A stretch of 64,000 nt of DNA from the human T2T-CHM13v2.0 reference genome, Homo sapiens. Positions 1 through 15,585 of the stretch are shown here, piece by piece; the first letter of the stretch is position 1, and the number at the start of each line of letters is the position of its first letter. The translations under genes were made by a program, and so were the position numbers. Below the pieces are notes generated by a model, which made no database searches, had not been told where the DNA came from, and saw only the letters and a program-made list of their open reading frames with translations. Location of the stretch: NCBI RefSeq assembly GCF_009914755.1, contig NC_060926.1. One strand, given 5' to 3'.

Positions 1-2481
<2,481 letters not shown>

Positions 2482-2520
2482 TCATTAGTTGATGCAGTTT
2501 CTTCCTAGTCTCGATGGTCT

Positions 2521-3537
2521 TTACATTTTGGCATGATTTTGCAGCGGCTGGTACCGGTTGTTCCTTTCCATGTTTAGCGCTTCCTTCAGGAGCTCTTTTA
2601 GGGCAGGCCTGGTGGTGACAAAATCTCTCAGCATTTGCTTGTCTATAAAGTATTTTATTTCTCCTTCACTTATGAAGCTTAGTTTGGCTGGATATGAAAT
2701 TCTGGGTTGAAAATTCTTTTCTTTAAGAATGTTGAATATTGGCCCCCACTCTCTTCTGGCTTGTAGGGTTTCTGCCGAGAGATTGGCTGTTAGTCTGATG
2801 GGCTTTCCTTTGAGGGTAACCCGACCTTTCTCTCTGGCTGCCCTTAACATTTTTTCCTTCATTTCAACTTTGGTGAATCTGACAGTTATGTGTCTTGGAG
2901 TTGCTCTTCTCGAGGAGTATCTTTGTGGCGTTCTCTGTATTTCCTGAATCTGAACGTTGGCCTGCCTTGCTAGATTGGGGAAGTTCTCCTGGATAATATC
3001 CTGCAGAGTGTTTTCCAACTTGGTTCCATTCTCCACATCACTTTCAGGTACACCAATCAGACGTAGATTTGGTCTTTTCACATAGTCCCATATTTCTTGG
3101 AGGCTTTGCTCATTTCTTTTTATTCTTTTTTCTCTAAACTTCCCTTCTGGCTTCATTTCATTCATTTCATCTTCCATCGCTGATACCCTTTCTTCCAGTT
3201 GATCGCATCGGCTCCTGAGGCTTCTGCATTCTTCACGTAGTTCTCGAGCCTTGGTTTTCAGCTCCATCAGCTCCTTTAAGCACTTCTCTGTATTGGTTAT
3301 TCTAGTTATACATTCTTCTAAATTTTTTTCAAAGTTTTCAACTTCTTTGCCTTTGGTTTGAATGTCCTCCCGTAGCTCAGAGTAATTTGATCGTCTGAAG
3401 CCTTCTTCTCTCAGCTCGTCAAAATCATTCTCCATCCAGCTTTGTTCCGTTGCTGGTGAGGAACTGCGTTCCTTTGGAGGAGGAGAGGCGCTCTGCGTTT
3501 TAGAGTTTCCAGTTTTTCTGTTCTGTTTTTTCCCCAT
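2521..3537 (-). CDS. LINE-1 ORF1p (338 aa RNA-binding/chaperone protein), open
   Basis: Full-length MGKKQNRKTG...QNHAKM with REKG, ARR and YPAKLS motifs intact. Confidence 0.97.
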   Translation of the reverse strand: MGKKQNRKTGNSKTQSASPPPKERSSSPATEQSWMENDFDELREEGFRRSNYSELREDIQTKGKEVENFEKNLEECITRITNTEKCLKELMELKTKARELREECRSLRSRCDQLEERVSAMEDEMNEMKPEGKFREKRIKRNEQSLQEIWDYVKRPNLRLIGVPESDVENGTKLENTLQDIIQENFPNLARQANVQIQEIQRTPQRYSSRRATPRHITVRFTKVEMKEKMLRAAREKGRVTLKGKPIRLTANLSAETLQARREWGPIFNILKEKNFQPRISYPAKLSFISEGEIKYFIDKQMLRDFVTTRPALKELLKEALNMERNNRYQPLQNHAKM

Positions 3538-4440
3538 CTTTGTGGTTTTATCTACTTTTGGTCTTTGATGATGGTGATGTACAGATGGGTTTTCGGTGTA
3601 GATGTCCTTTCTGCTTGTTAGTTTTCCTTCTAACAGACAGGACCCTCAGCTGCAGGTCTGTTGGAATACCCTGCCGTGTGAGGTGTCAGTGTGCCCCTGC
3701 TGGGGGGTGCCTCCCAGTTAGGCTGCTCGGGGGTCAGGGGTCAGGGACCCACTTGAGGAGGCAGTCTGCCCGTTCTCAGATCTCCAGCTGCGTGCTGGGA
3801 GAACCACTGCTCTCTTCAAAGCTGTCAGACAGGGACACTTAAGTCTGCAGAGGTTACTGTGTCTTTTTGTTTGTCTGTGCCCTGCCCCCAGAGGTGGAGC
3901 CTACAGAGGCAGGCAGGCCTCCTTGAGTTGTGGTGGGCTCCACCCAGTTCGAGCTTCCCGGCTGCTTTGTTTACCTAAGCAAGCCTGGGCAATGGCGGGC
4001 GCCCCTCCCCCAGCCTCGTTGCCGCCTTGCAGTTTGATCTCAGACTGCTGTGCTAGCAATCAGCGAGATTCCGTGGGCATAGGACCCTCTGAGCCAGGTG
4101 TGGGATATAGTCTCGTGGTGTGCCGTTTCTTAAGCTGGTCTGAAAAGCGCAATATTCGGGTGGGAGTGACCCGATTTTCCAGGTGCGTCCGTCACCCCTT
4201 TCTTTGACTCGGAAAGGGAACTCCCTGACCCCTTGCGCTTCCCAGGTGAGGCAATGCCTCGCCCTGCTTCGGCTCGCGCACGGTGCGCGCACACACTGGC
4301 CTGCGCCCACTGTCTGGCACTCCCTAGTGAGATGAACCCGGTACCTCAGATGGAAATGCAGAAATCACCCGTCTTCTGCGTCGCTCACGCTGGGGGCTGT
4401 AGACCGGAGCTGTTCCTATTCGGCCATCTTGGCTCCTCCC
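3538..4440. promoter_or_regulatory. L1 5'UTR: internal sense promoter (- strand; YY1 site near 4422-4430) and antisense promoter firing on the + strand
   Basis: CpG-dense sequence matching the L1 5'UTR, with GGCCATCTT (YY1) next to the 5' end. The antisense promoter is an established property of this region. Confidence 0.85.
3992..4207 (+). CDS. LINE-1 ORF0 (71 aa, primate-specific antisense ORF)
   Basis: gcaATGg start, MAGAPPPASLPPCSLISDCCASNQRDSVG...RCVRHPFL*. Splice donors CAG|GTGTGG (after 4097) and CAG|GTGCGT (after 4182), plus a third donor CAG|GTGAGG after 4245. Confidence 0.9.
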   Translation: MAGAPPPASLPPCSLISDCCASNQRDSVGIGPSEPGVGYSLVVCRFLSWSEKRNIRVGVTRFSRCVRHPFL

Positions 4441-5540
4441 TGAGTTTTTTAAAAGGCACTTCAGTTGTCTGAAATATCTTTTCTTTAGCTTACTTTGTTT
4501 ACTTTTGTGCATTTGTTTTTCCGTTATTCCTTTATGAATAAGGAAGTAAGTTGGCCAATATAGGTATCTGATGTAGAGTTCCTCTGATACCATGCAGGGT
4601 TTTTTTTTTTTTCTCTCTAATAAACTTTTCTCCTTAATGGAAAGCTGCTAGTAAACACTCTCTGTAATTGGGACTTAAAAACCATCATCTTTAGTTTTGG
4701 GCAGTATCATTAGGATATAAGCTAGACTTATCACCAGATATCCCAGTAAAGGAAGTCTTTACTGTTGGACTCAAACACCTATGCCAGGAATCCTCTCTAG
4801 ACACATTGAATTTCCTTAAAGTATTGTTTTCAGTTTTTAGTCTGACAAAATCTTTCTAGAAGACTTCTACCCAGAGAGTGCATGATTTCTCAGAAAAGGC
4901 TTCCTTCTAGTATGTATAAGCTCTGAATGGCAGATATGTTTTGCCATTTTGTTCACTGATGCATCCCAAGTACCCAGGACAGTGCTTGCCATATAGGGAC
5001 TGATTTTTAATTCCTGCCCTTTTTTGGGGCTACAGAGTATTGCTTTCTTGGGACCCACATATCAGGTAAATATTTAAAATATTTATCAGATATCAGACAA
5101 ATATTTAAAAGGATTATTGTTCAATTTTATTTAGCATTTCTAGGTATTTTGAATAGGAAACTTTTTTAGTCAGCTGATCTCTCTTAGAAGTCTTTTAAAA
5201 TAATTCCTCAAGGAAGATGTTGATATTTCACATTTATTGTTTAGGGAAAAGATAGAATTTCCAGGCTTCTAAAGTTAATAAAGTTTCTTATTTATATCAT
5301 TATTAAGGAAACTTATTTTTTCATTAATATAAGTTATTGTGTGTGACCTAATTTGGAGGTCTTTAATTAGAAAAAAATTCTAGAACCTGATAGTAATGTA
5401 GACACTGAAAACTAGCTGCTTTGATACATTTTTAAGGTTTTTTTTTTTGAGCTTAAATTTTTACTAAAAACATTGCTTTTATAGTTAAATATTTCAAATC
5501 CAGTGGAATAGCCTCTAATAAAATGCTGATTATATTACAG

Positions 5541-5578
5541 GTGCAAATTGAGCATGACCCAGAATTAGAAAAAGAAAG
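5541..5578 (+). CDS. ZNF638: ZNF638 (NP220) internal coding exon, 38 nt (VQIEHDPELEKE-S)
   Basis: tattacag|GTG...GAAAG|gtatgt. Phase 0 to 2, joining in frame to the 9748 exon (AG+C=Ser). Confidence 0.85.
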
Positions 5579-7029
5579 GTATGTTGCTTTATGTTTACTA
5601 ACACTTTTGTATAGTATTTAGTTTCTGAATTTTATTACTGTATTTTATAGTAATGGCTCACATGTAGTGAAAAGTTCTTTTCTGCATATTTATTTTGTCT
5701 ACATATGGGCTTGTTACAGTTTTCTTTTTGGACTCAGCCTGACCTAGGAGTTTCATTTGTTGCTTTTTATTTACTCTCATTTAAGTATTTACTGAATATT
5801 TAGAGTAACTGCGTATATAAACAGTATGAATTAAATAAACCACTTTATAAAATGTTTTAAGACTCTCGAATAACTCAACATCACGAACAGTAATTACATT
5901 GTTTTTGTTAGATTTTCCTATTCCAAAATAAACACGGTAGTAAAATTTTAACCTTTTAACGTTACTTAATTTCATTGTGTGTTTTGATACTTTTTAAAAA
6001 CAACTGGGTTGGGGCGAGTAAGTATTTGTCCAAAAAAATTATGTATATAGTTTTGCATTATCAGAGGAATGAAAGCTTGTTTTTCAAAGTCTCCACAAAC
6101 TGGTGACTTACAGCCTTGTTTTGACCACGTAAAGTACACCCTCTCCTTAATAACTTTCTCATTCTGATGGATATCCTCCTTATCACCACCCTTGTTCCAC
6201 CAGTTGATGACTTGCCTTTCACTGCTCTTCATTGTAAATCACTGATTTAGAATATTTCTTTTTCCTCCTGTATACTGAGTCATCAATATTTATTAGTCCT
6301 TGTTGTAAGAGCGTATATTTGTTTGAAACAGCAGTTTGAAAGTGTTTAAATATGTAAAGTGTTTATTTTATCTGATGCACTGATGTTAAGATCCCTGAAA
6401 AACAGAACGTCTTAGCGGATTTTTCTTCTCAGTAATTTTTATAAAATCAGATTATTTTAGTTGACAAAGATGATGAGTACATTAAAATATACCAGTAACA
6501 TTAAGCAATAGGTTTGCTCTGTGTGTCAGCACAGGGTTATTTAAGTTGTATGTCATACCAGGTGCATTCACATACCTAAGAAATAGTACCACCAGCAGTG
6601 TGTGATGTGAAAGCTCACAAAGGGCTTAATAAATAACAGTGCCTATGTAGTACTATATATATAGACCTAAAGATTGGCCACGTTAACTCTGTGGCAAAAC
6701 CCATTTTATTTCATTTTACAAAGATTTTTTGAGGTCTGCATGAAAAGTTGTTCTCCATAGCAATAGCAGTTGGTCATTGTTCTCCTCTCATTGTTTAGAC
6801 ATAGCTTTTAAAATTGAATATATTTCTTAAATAATTTATAGATGTATTCAACCTCATAAAACTAATTTTTAAAATTAGCACCAAAAACTTCTTAATTCCC
6901 ACCCCCCCCCCGCCTTTTTTTTTTTTTTTTTTTTTTTAACATTAGAGAAAAAGATGTGGGATATGTCCAGAATACTAAACATTTGTTTTGGAGTGAACTG
7001 ATGCTGAGAAAATACTATTTGTTGTTTTT

Positions 7030-7145
7030 GTTGTGTTTTTTTTTAGAGACAGGGTCTTGCTATGTTGCTCAGGCTGGCCTTGAACTCCTGGGCACAAGCT
7101 GTTTTCCCACCTCAGCTTCCTGTGTAGCTGGTACTACATGCACTT
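7030..7145 (-). mobile_element. Alu monomer (FLAM-like) fragment
   Basis: agagacagggtcttgctatgttgctcaggctggccttgaactcctggg. Confidence 0.75.
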
Positions 7146-9747
7146 GTTTTGTTTTGTTTTAAAGCACTTGTGGTTGCCAATTCATTATGAATATGATACT
7201 TTTGTTTATAACTAAACTATTTAAATACTGTTTAGAGGAAACTCGTGGATACATTCATAATTTAATAATTCACACTGTACTCATTCTGTTGATATGTAAA
7301 CAGATTTTATTTATCATCTGATTAAAGCCACAAATAAGAATGCTAAGTGAAATTTTTCTAATTCATTAACATTAGGAAGTAAACAGTTGGCCTCTGAAAT
7401 AAACACTAATCTTTAGTATTGTGAAGTCCCAGTTTAAGGTTTCTCAGAATGTTTGTCTTTCAGTGTTAACGTTTGTTCTAATGCCCAGCTTTTATTGTAT
7501 GCTTTTTCTGAAGGCTGTGAAATTCTGGTATTACTGGGATATTGGGGCTGGAGGGAGGAGTGGCAAATGAGATATCTGTATCTCAAATGCCTTTCTGGAA
7601 TCCTTTTCTGTTACATTTCCCAGAATGTGGCTGTTTTCATTTGATCGTTACAAAGAGTGGTTGTTTAACTTTGGTGTTAATGTCATTTATTTGACATTTC
7701 AAACTGTCTTTTCAAACTAACTTGATCAATATTGAGGCTTTTTTCCCATATTAGCCAGAAAGCAGATACTAGTTTTGGTAAATGACTTCTCTAAAGAAAA
7801 CACTATGATTTGAAAAGACTAGCACACAAGGACAAATATGGAATTAAATAATTCTTCTGAGTAGACCTGTGTTCTCTGTTTCAAGTATGGAACTGCATAA
7901 TGGTTCAGTTTGTATATAAGATAATAACTTTTTTATTGAAAAACTTGTGAAGGGGAAAGTCTTGCTATATCCTTGAGCCAGGAATCAAGGTCTCCATTGT
8001 TATCCTAGCCCCATAGATGTTTTTACTTAGCCCTAAGTTTCTAAAGTTTTATGTAGGGTTAATATGCAGTACAGTAATGAGGCAGGAATTTGAATATTTT
8101 CTTCATTATTGGAAATGAGTCTTGTAATTTAAAGACAAAAGCTTGTTTTGAGAAGTAATATTCATATACCTGCTGTAACTGTGAATGTCACTGCTCTTTT
8201 CTGGTTGTGCTTTGCCACAAATTTTATTGTGAATTGTAAAGATTTGAAACTCTTAAAATTAGCCATTTATATTTTGAAAAAAAGGGGTGTGATTATTTTA
8301 AAAAAAAAACATTTTAGCATGCAAAGAATAACTTGCACAATGGATAGAATATATATTGATTAAGGTTTAGGGTCAAGAGGTATTTCTCTAATCTGGTAGA
8401 AAAGTTTTCTCCTCAGGATGTAATCTTTGGGGCATGAGGGAAGACCAGTTTGGTTCAAATGATTTAAGACCCTGATGTGGTAGCACAACTTTCTTAAATA
8501 TGGTTAACATCTCAGCACACAGATATACACCATCTTGTGTTGTTAACTGAAGGGTACATGGCCACCCTCTAAGAAGCAGGTCAAAAGGGATGGCTCATCC
8601 TCTCCTTCCTTAAAAAATAGGAGAAGAAAGTCAGTACTTTTTAATAATCAGGTATTGATATGATAGGATCACTCTCTGGTGTCTTTCTCCAATCTGCTGC
8701 TTCTCATTATATGAATATATTTGGTAAATTTTAATTTGCATTGATAGCATGTTGGGCATTGTTTTTGGAAGCTAAGGTTTTCCTTGTTCTTCAAGAAAAC
8801 CTCTGATTTGTGGAATATTGATATAAAAATAACTTATTCTGTGTCTACCTCGGTGAAAGTACTGGAATTATAGGACTACTCACTTTTCATATACTTTAGA
8901 TTTGGGAAGACCATGATGAAATAAGATGAATTACATATACTTAGCCATGTATTTCCTCCATTTCTTCTGAATATTACTTACACATTTAAGTTAAATATTA
9001 GAATTATACATTATTCTCTTGAATTGGGAAGGTTTATTTTTTAATGCATTTCTTCTTATAGCCAAAGGCAAATATTTATAAGACTGTATGTTCACATAAG
9101 GTGATTATATCAGGTTTTGTCACTAGCTTTAAATCCTCAATAGAGTATATAAAGAATACTTTCCAAATAATGTTCTAAGTATTATCATTAATAAATATGG
9201 TTCTTGGGTAATTAAAAAAATATTTTACATCCAAAAAAAAAATAAAAAGGTGATATGATTTAGAGTATGGTCTTTTCCCCCCACCAGTTTCTGTTTATGT
9301 TCTTTTTAGGTAAGGTTCACTTATAAAATTTTAAATCATAATGCATGGATCATTAGTTTTATTGTAGAACTGTACACATATTTTATTATTTCAGTTACCA
9401 CTGTTGGGAATAGGACCTGATAATATTTGAAGTGTCTCAGATTCACATTTGACCTTTCAATGTCAGGGGTTAACTTGACAGAGGAGGGAAAATATTGGCT
9501 GTAATCACATGAGCGCAAAAGGAACATATCAACAGTCATAATTTATATTATTTACGTATTTCCAGCAATACATCTTACCCATTTTATGCTGATTGGTTGG
9601 ATTTCCCAGTGCTTATTACGAATGCATCAGGAAGTCTTAACAATTGGCATCAGCAGGATTCTTTATAATGGTTGAATTCTCATCATAGTTTGATTTTTGT
9701 TTGTGTTTTTGTTTGTGTTCTTTTTGTTTGTTTTTAAATACTTTTAG

Positions 9748-10972
9748 CCCTGGCTTGAAAAACAGTCCAATTGATGAAAGTGAGGTGCAAACAGCAACTG
9801 ATAGTCCCTCTGTTAAACCTAATGAGCTTGAAGAAGAAAGTACTCCCAGCATTCAAACAGAAACTTTGGTACAGCAGGAAGAGCCTTGTGAGGAAGAAGC
9901 TGAAAAAGCAACATGTGATTCTGACTTTGCTGTTGAAACTTTGGAGCTTGAAACTCAAGGAGAGGAGGTCAAAGAAGAAATTCCTCTTGTAGCATCCGCT
10001 TCAGTCAGTATTGAACAATTCACTGAAAATGCCGAGGAGTGTGCTTTAAATCAGCAGATGTTTAACAGTGACTTGGAGAAGAAAGGGGCAGAAATTATTA
10101 ACCCTAAAACAGCATTGTTACCATCTGACAGTGTGTTTGCAGAAGAAAGGAACCTCAAAGGAATTCTAGAAGAATCTCCATCTGAAGCAGAAGATTTCAT
10201 TTCTGGAATTACACAGACTATGGTAGAAGCTGTAGCTGAAGTAGAAAAAAATGAAACTGTTTCGGAAATATTGCCATCAACTTGTATTGTGACGTTAGTA
10301 CCAGGAATTCCCACTGGGGATGAGAAGACAGTGGACAAAAAGAATATTTCTGAAAAAAAAGGTAACATGGATGAAAAGGAGGAGAAGGAATTTAATACTA
10401 AGGAAACCAGAATGGATCTTCAAATAGGAACAGAGAAGGCTGAAAAGAATGAAGGTAGGATGGATGCAGAAAAGGTGGAAAAGATGGCAGCAATGAAAGA
10501 AAAGCCTGCAGAAAACACTTTATTCAAGGCATACCCAAATAAAGGAGTGGGTCAGGCTAATAAGCCTGATGAAACTAGTAAAACTAGTATTCTGGCTGTA
10601 TCAGATGTATCTAGCAGTAAACCAAGCATCAAGGCTGTTATAGTCTCTTCTCCTAAGGCAAAAGCTACAGTTTCAAAAACTGAAAATCAGAAAAGTTTTC
10701 CAAAATCTGTGCCCAGAGATCAAATAAATGCTGAAAAGAAACTTTCAGCCAAGGAATTTGGTCTGCTTAAACCCACAAGTGCCAGGTCAGGCTTGGCAGA
10801 AAGCAGCAGTAAATTCAAACCTACTCAGAGCAGTCTTACCAGAGGAGGCAGTGGAAGGATCTCAGCCCTGCAAGGCAAGCTTTCTAAACTGGATTACAGA
10901 GATATAACAAAACAATCTCAGGAAACAGAGGCTAGACCTTCCATCATGAAACGGGATGACAGCAACAATAAG
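9748..10972 (+). CDS. ZNF638: ZNF638 large coding exon (1225 nt; Glu/Lys/Ser-rich, includes the reported DNA-binding region)
   Basis: cttttag|CCC...AATAAG|gtgagg, within the 446-aa ORF ([15 protein letters not shown]...KRDDSNNK). Confidence 0.95.
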
Positions 10973-11583
10973 GTGAGGAGGGTAGGAAGAATGGCACAGT
11001 GTGTCTTTGAAGTGATTAGCTCCGCTGCTGTAGCTATGTAGTAGGAGATGTAATTTTGTTTCATACTTTCATCTCCTCACTCTACCCCGGAAGCTCCCAT
11101 TTCCTTTTCTTAAATGATTCCATTGTTTAAGCCAGTAGACATTCAGAGTATTAAACTCAAGTTCATAATTTATTGACATGTTTGAAAAGCATTATTTGGA
11201 TACAATTTGGAAATAACTGTGGTTTAAAAAAAAAAAAAAAAAGTCTGCAGTGAATCTCCTAAGGTGATTTACCACTCTGCTTCTGAATGGGAAACTGTTT
11301 CCTCTCTTAAATTGAAGCTTCCTTTATCAGGTCACTGATTGCCTAACTAGACATTGTGGGACGAAAAGATCAGTAAAACTGAATTTAACTACAACTTGTA
11401 CAGACTGTGCCTATACTGTTTAGTGACTGTTGACTTAGTTTTGTATACATGTTAAATAATTTGCATAATTGACTGTATTTGGGTAATGTTTACTGTTTTT
11501 TTTTGTTTTTTGTTTTTTTTTCCAGAACATTAATAATATGGTTGTAAATTCCGTTTTTCTGTATTTCTTATTTACTATTTCAG

Positions 11584-11649
11584 ACTTTGGCTGAGCAAAA
11601 CACTAAGAATCCTAAAAGCACTACTGGTAGAAGTTCCAAATCTAAAGAG
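11584..11649 (+). CDS. ZNF638: ZNF638 coding exon, 66 nt (TLAEQNTKNPKSTTGRSSKSKE)
   Basis: tatttcag|ACT...GAG|gtaaaa, phase 0-0, open. Confidence 0.88.
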
Positions 11650-12241
11650 GTAAAAAATAGATCACAGACCCTAACCCTTCTTTTTCATCTCCATAGCACA
11701 GTTCATCTATCTTATAACTTGTGCCTGCCTTAACAATGTTAGTGACTAAGAGTTTAGAGCAAGGGATAGGAATGAGATGTTTTGTTTTTAACTTATCTCT
11801 AATCCTACCATTAATTTACTTTTTGACCTTGAGCTAGTCTAAACACCTTGTGTTTTCTTGAGGCGGGGGGAGCGGGCAAAATGTTATATGGGGACAGAAA
11901 GAGAGTAGAGTAGGGCAATACCTCCAATCTCATATTGACAGGAATAGGTTGTAGACACAGAAAAAAAATTTATATATGTGAAAGAGACTGACATTTGACT
12001 TGAGTCATCCTCATTTTGTTAAAACAGGTTATCCTTTTGGCTCTAATTTAACCTTAAGTGGATGGTCTCTAAGATTAACTTTACTGGTACCAAGTTCTGT
12101 TGTCAAACATATTTTATATTTGGTTGTTATTTTAGGTTTTTACCATTCATAGAATTTTTTTCAGTCATTTTACTTTTCTTACCTGGTAGGGGATAGATTT
12201 GGGCCTATGTTGTTGGGGCAAGGAGAAATGTTACTAGTTTT

Positions 12242-12321
12242 AAGCAGAAATAAGGATTATGGCTACTAAAGCAGAAATAAGGATTATGGCTACTAAAGCA
12301 GAAGTAAGGATTGTGGCTACT
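12242..12321. repeat. 27-bp tandem repeat x3 (AAGCAGAAATAAGGATTATGGCTACTA)
   Basis: Two identical copies and a third with 2 substitutions. Confidence 0.9.
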
Positions 12322-12538
12322 TCAGTTTGCTTTGTTAATTTGATAGTACAATCGCTTGTAGATATTCTCCCTAGAAATTACAGGGTACATATTCTAATGT
12401 CGTTATTATATATAATAGCAGTTAATCATTAATAACATACTAAATGTATAGGAGCCCTGGTAGGAATTTATCTTCTTTACTATTGACGGCATTTTTAAAA
12501 ATTACAGATACTGTTGTTTTCAAATACAGTTATGTTAG

Positions 12539-12888
<350 letters not shown>

Positions 12889-13393
12889 TGTATTTCTTAA
12901 AATATGTATTCTATATATAATTAGTTAATGTGTAATCAATATATACTGATAAATGGAACAGCCTAATTAGCTGTTTACTTTCTAACTATATTTGAGGTGC
13001 TTTTAGAAGTCCAGTAAGTCTTCTAGAGCACTTATTAGATGTTTGACATATGGAACAGTAAATCCTTTGTACTGTCTGACAAATACTTTAAATGTATTTT
13101 TATGTGTCATACTTCGAAACTCTTCATTTAGGAAATGTAATCTTATTGAATTTAAGTAAAAGTGGAATTAGGTTGATACTGTTAGAATTTTACTTTTGGA
13201 TTATACTTTGTGAATTATAGCTAAGTCATTTGTGGGGCTTTAAAAAAAACAACTCTTAATTTTAGCCTTTAGGAAAACTAATTTGCACTGAAATTCTCCC
13301 AAATGATCTGCATGCACATTTATTGTGACTATTTGGAATCTAGCCAGTGGTCAAAATTTGTTTACAATACTATGATTTTTAACTTTCCAACAG

Positions 13394-14348
13394 GAGCCAT
13401 TATTTCCATTTAATTTGGATGAATTTGTTACTGTGGATGAGGTTATAGAAGAAGTGAATCCTTCTCAGGCCAAGCAGAATCCACTAAAGGGAAAAAGGAA
13501 AGAAACTCTCAAAAATGTTCCTTTCTCTGAACTTAACTTAAAGAAGAAAAAGGGGAAAACTTCCACTCCTCGTGGTGTTGAGGGAGAACTATCTTTTGTG
13601 ACATTGGATGAGATTGGGGAAGAGGAAGATGCAGCTGCACATCTAGCACAAGCTCTAGTCACTGTGGATGAAGTAATTGATGAAGAAGAACTAAATATGG
13701 AAGAAATGGTAAAAAATTCAAATTCACTTTTTACATTAGATGAATTAATTGACCAAGATGATTGCATTTCCCACAGTGAACCTAAAGATGTTACTGTTCT
13801 GTCAGTGGCTGAAGAACAAGATCTCCTCAAACAGGAACGCTTGGTAACTGTGGATGAAATTGGAGAAGTGGAAGAGCTACCTTTGAATGAGTCAGCAGAC
13901 ATAACTTTTGCCACTTTAAATACTAAAGGAAATGAAGGAGATACTGTAAGGGATTCCATTGGCTTCATTTCTTCTCAGGTGCCCGAAGACCCTTCTACTT
14001 TAGTTACTGTAGATGAAATACAAGATGACAGCAGTGATTTGCATTTAGTGACTTTGGATGAAGTAACTGAAGAGGATGAAGACTCTCTGGCGGATTTTAA
14101 CAACCTTAAAGAAGAGCTTAATTTTGTTACTGTTGATGAAGTTGGAGAGGAGGAAGATGGAGATAATGATTTAAAAGTTGAGTTAGCACAAAGCAAAAAT
14201 GACCATCCCACAGATAAAAAAGGGAATAGAAAGAAGAGAGCTGTGGACACAAAAAAGACAAAACTTGAATCCTTGTCCCAAGTGGGTCCAGTAAATGAGA
14301 ATGTTATGGAAGAAGATCTAAAAACCATGATTGAAAGACACTTAACAG
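13394..14348 (+). CDS. ZNF638: ZNF638 coding exon (955 nt) encoding the acidic (L/F)VT(V/L)DE(V/I) repeats
   Basis: ttccaacag|GAG...ACAG|gtagat, phase 0 to 1, [17 protein letters not shown]...MIERHLT. Confidence 0.95.
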
Positions 14349-14843
14349 GTAGATACTTGGAAGGGGTAGTCTTTCTGTTTTATGAGGGGATTACATTTAA
14401 AATTAATTTTAAAATACATGTTGTGGCATTACCAATAATGTCACCCAGTATTGATATTAGAGGCCAACAGACAGTTAAAGTCAACAATAAATTTTCCAAA
14501 GAAATGTGTACAAGTTTCACAGTTTTTTAAAGTTTTACAGCAGAACTTGCTCCAGGTTATGCTTCAAGAAAGGATGACAAAAAACAGAAAACAAACTGAA
14601 GTAGCCAAATTAGAATTGGAATGAAAATGATATATTTGTATTGTGGGAAAAAGACAACTTTTGATAAATAGAAGAACATTTACATCAGATTACCTCCCAG
14701 TTTTTGCTTAGACTTAGAATTAAGAACTATTTATAAAGGAACTATTTGATTTTAAAGTAATATTGTAATGATACAGAATAGTACGGCAGCTCACTTTCCG
14801 AACTTGAGGGAGATAAACATAATTTCCATTAAGAAAATCTTGA

Positions 14844-15155
<312 letters not shown>

Positions 15156-15480
15156 TTAACTCAACTAAGAATAAAATACTAGGAAGGTCCCACAGGCTTA
15201 TGGAACAAATTAGAAAAACATTTATGGACATCCTGGGAAAAGAAGTTAGAAAAGCATAGTTACTTGGAAAATGATAACTGGGAACAAAAGGAAATGCTTA
15301 GATTAAACTGATTATTTTAAAATAGAATTCTTCTATTTTATATTAGCAGTAGGCTTCCCTCCCAAATTTGGGTATTTTTTGCAAAAATGTATAATGTTGA
15401 TTCAGACAGTATAATATGTTTAATTTAAAGCAATTTAAATACTGTTACTAGAGCAATAAATTAGGACTTTCTTTTTAAAG

Positions 15481-15585
15481 CTAAAACTCCAACCAAGAGA
15501 GTTAGAATTGGGAAAACTCTGCCATCAGAAAAAGCTGTTGTGACAGAACCAGCAAAAGGTGAAGAGGCCTTCCAGATGAGTGAAG
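15481..15585 (+). CDS. ZNF638: ZNF638 coding exon, 105 nt ([12 protein letters not shown]...FQMSE)
   Basis: ctttttaaag|CT...GAAG|gtaaag, phase 1-1, open. Confidence 0.9.

Noticed and set aside
6898-6937. C10-G-T25 homopolymer junction
   Set aside because: Simple low-complexity tract, probably a decayed retro-tail; no further structure.
8386-8651. Possible cryptic/poison exon (acceptor ttttctcctcag at 8416; donor cag|gtattg at 8651)
   Set aside because: Intervening AGs after the putative branch point and weak donors; cannot be supported from sequence alone.
9701-11041. 446-aa and 371-aa (13415-14530) ORFs as standalone genes
   Set aside because: They are large internal ZNF638 exons plus intronic run-on; splice sites and phases link them into one CDS.
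12242-12321. CRISPR-like array
   Set aside because: The repeats are contiguous with no spacers, in eukaryotic intronic DNA with no cas genes.
13391-13396. NAGNAG tandem acceptor CAG GAG
   Set aside because: GAG is a very weak acceptor and would only remove one Glu; no supporting evidence.
14349-14530. Intronic read-through with AATAAA at 14486 as a truncated ZNF638 isoform
   Set aside because: The signal precedes the in-frame stop, and AATAAA is frequent in this AT-rich intron.
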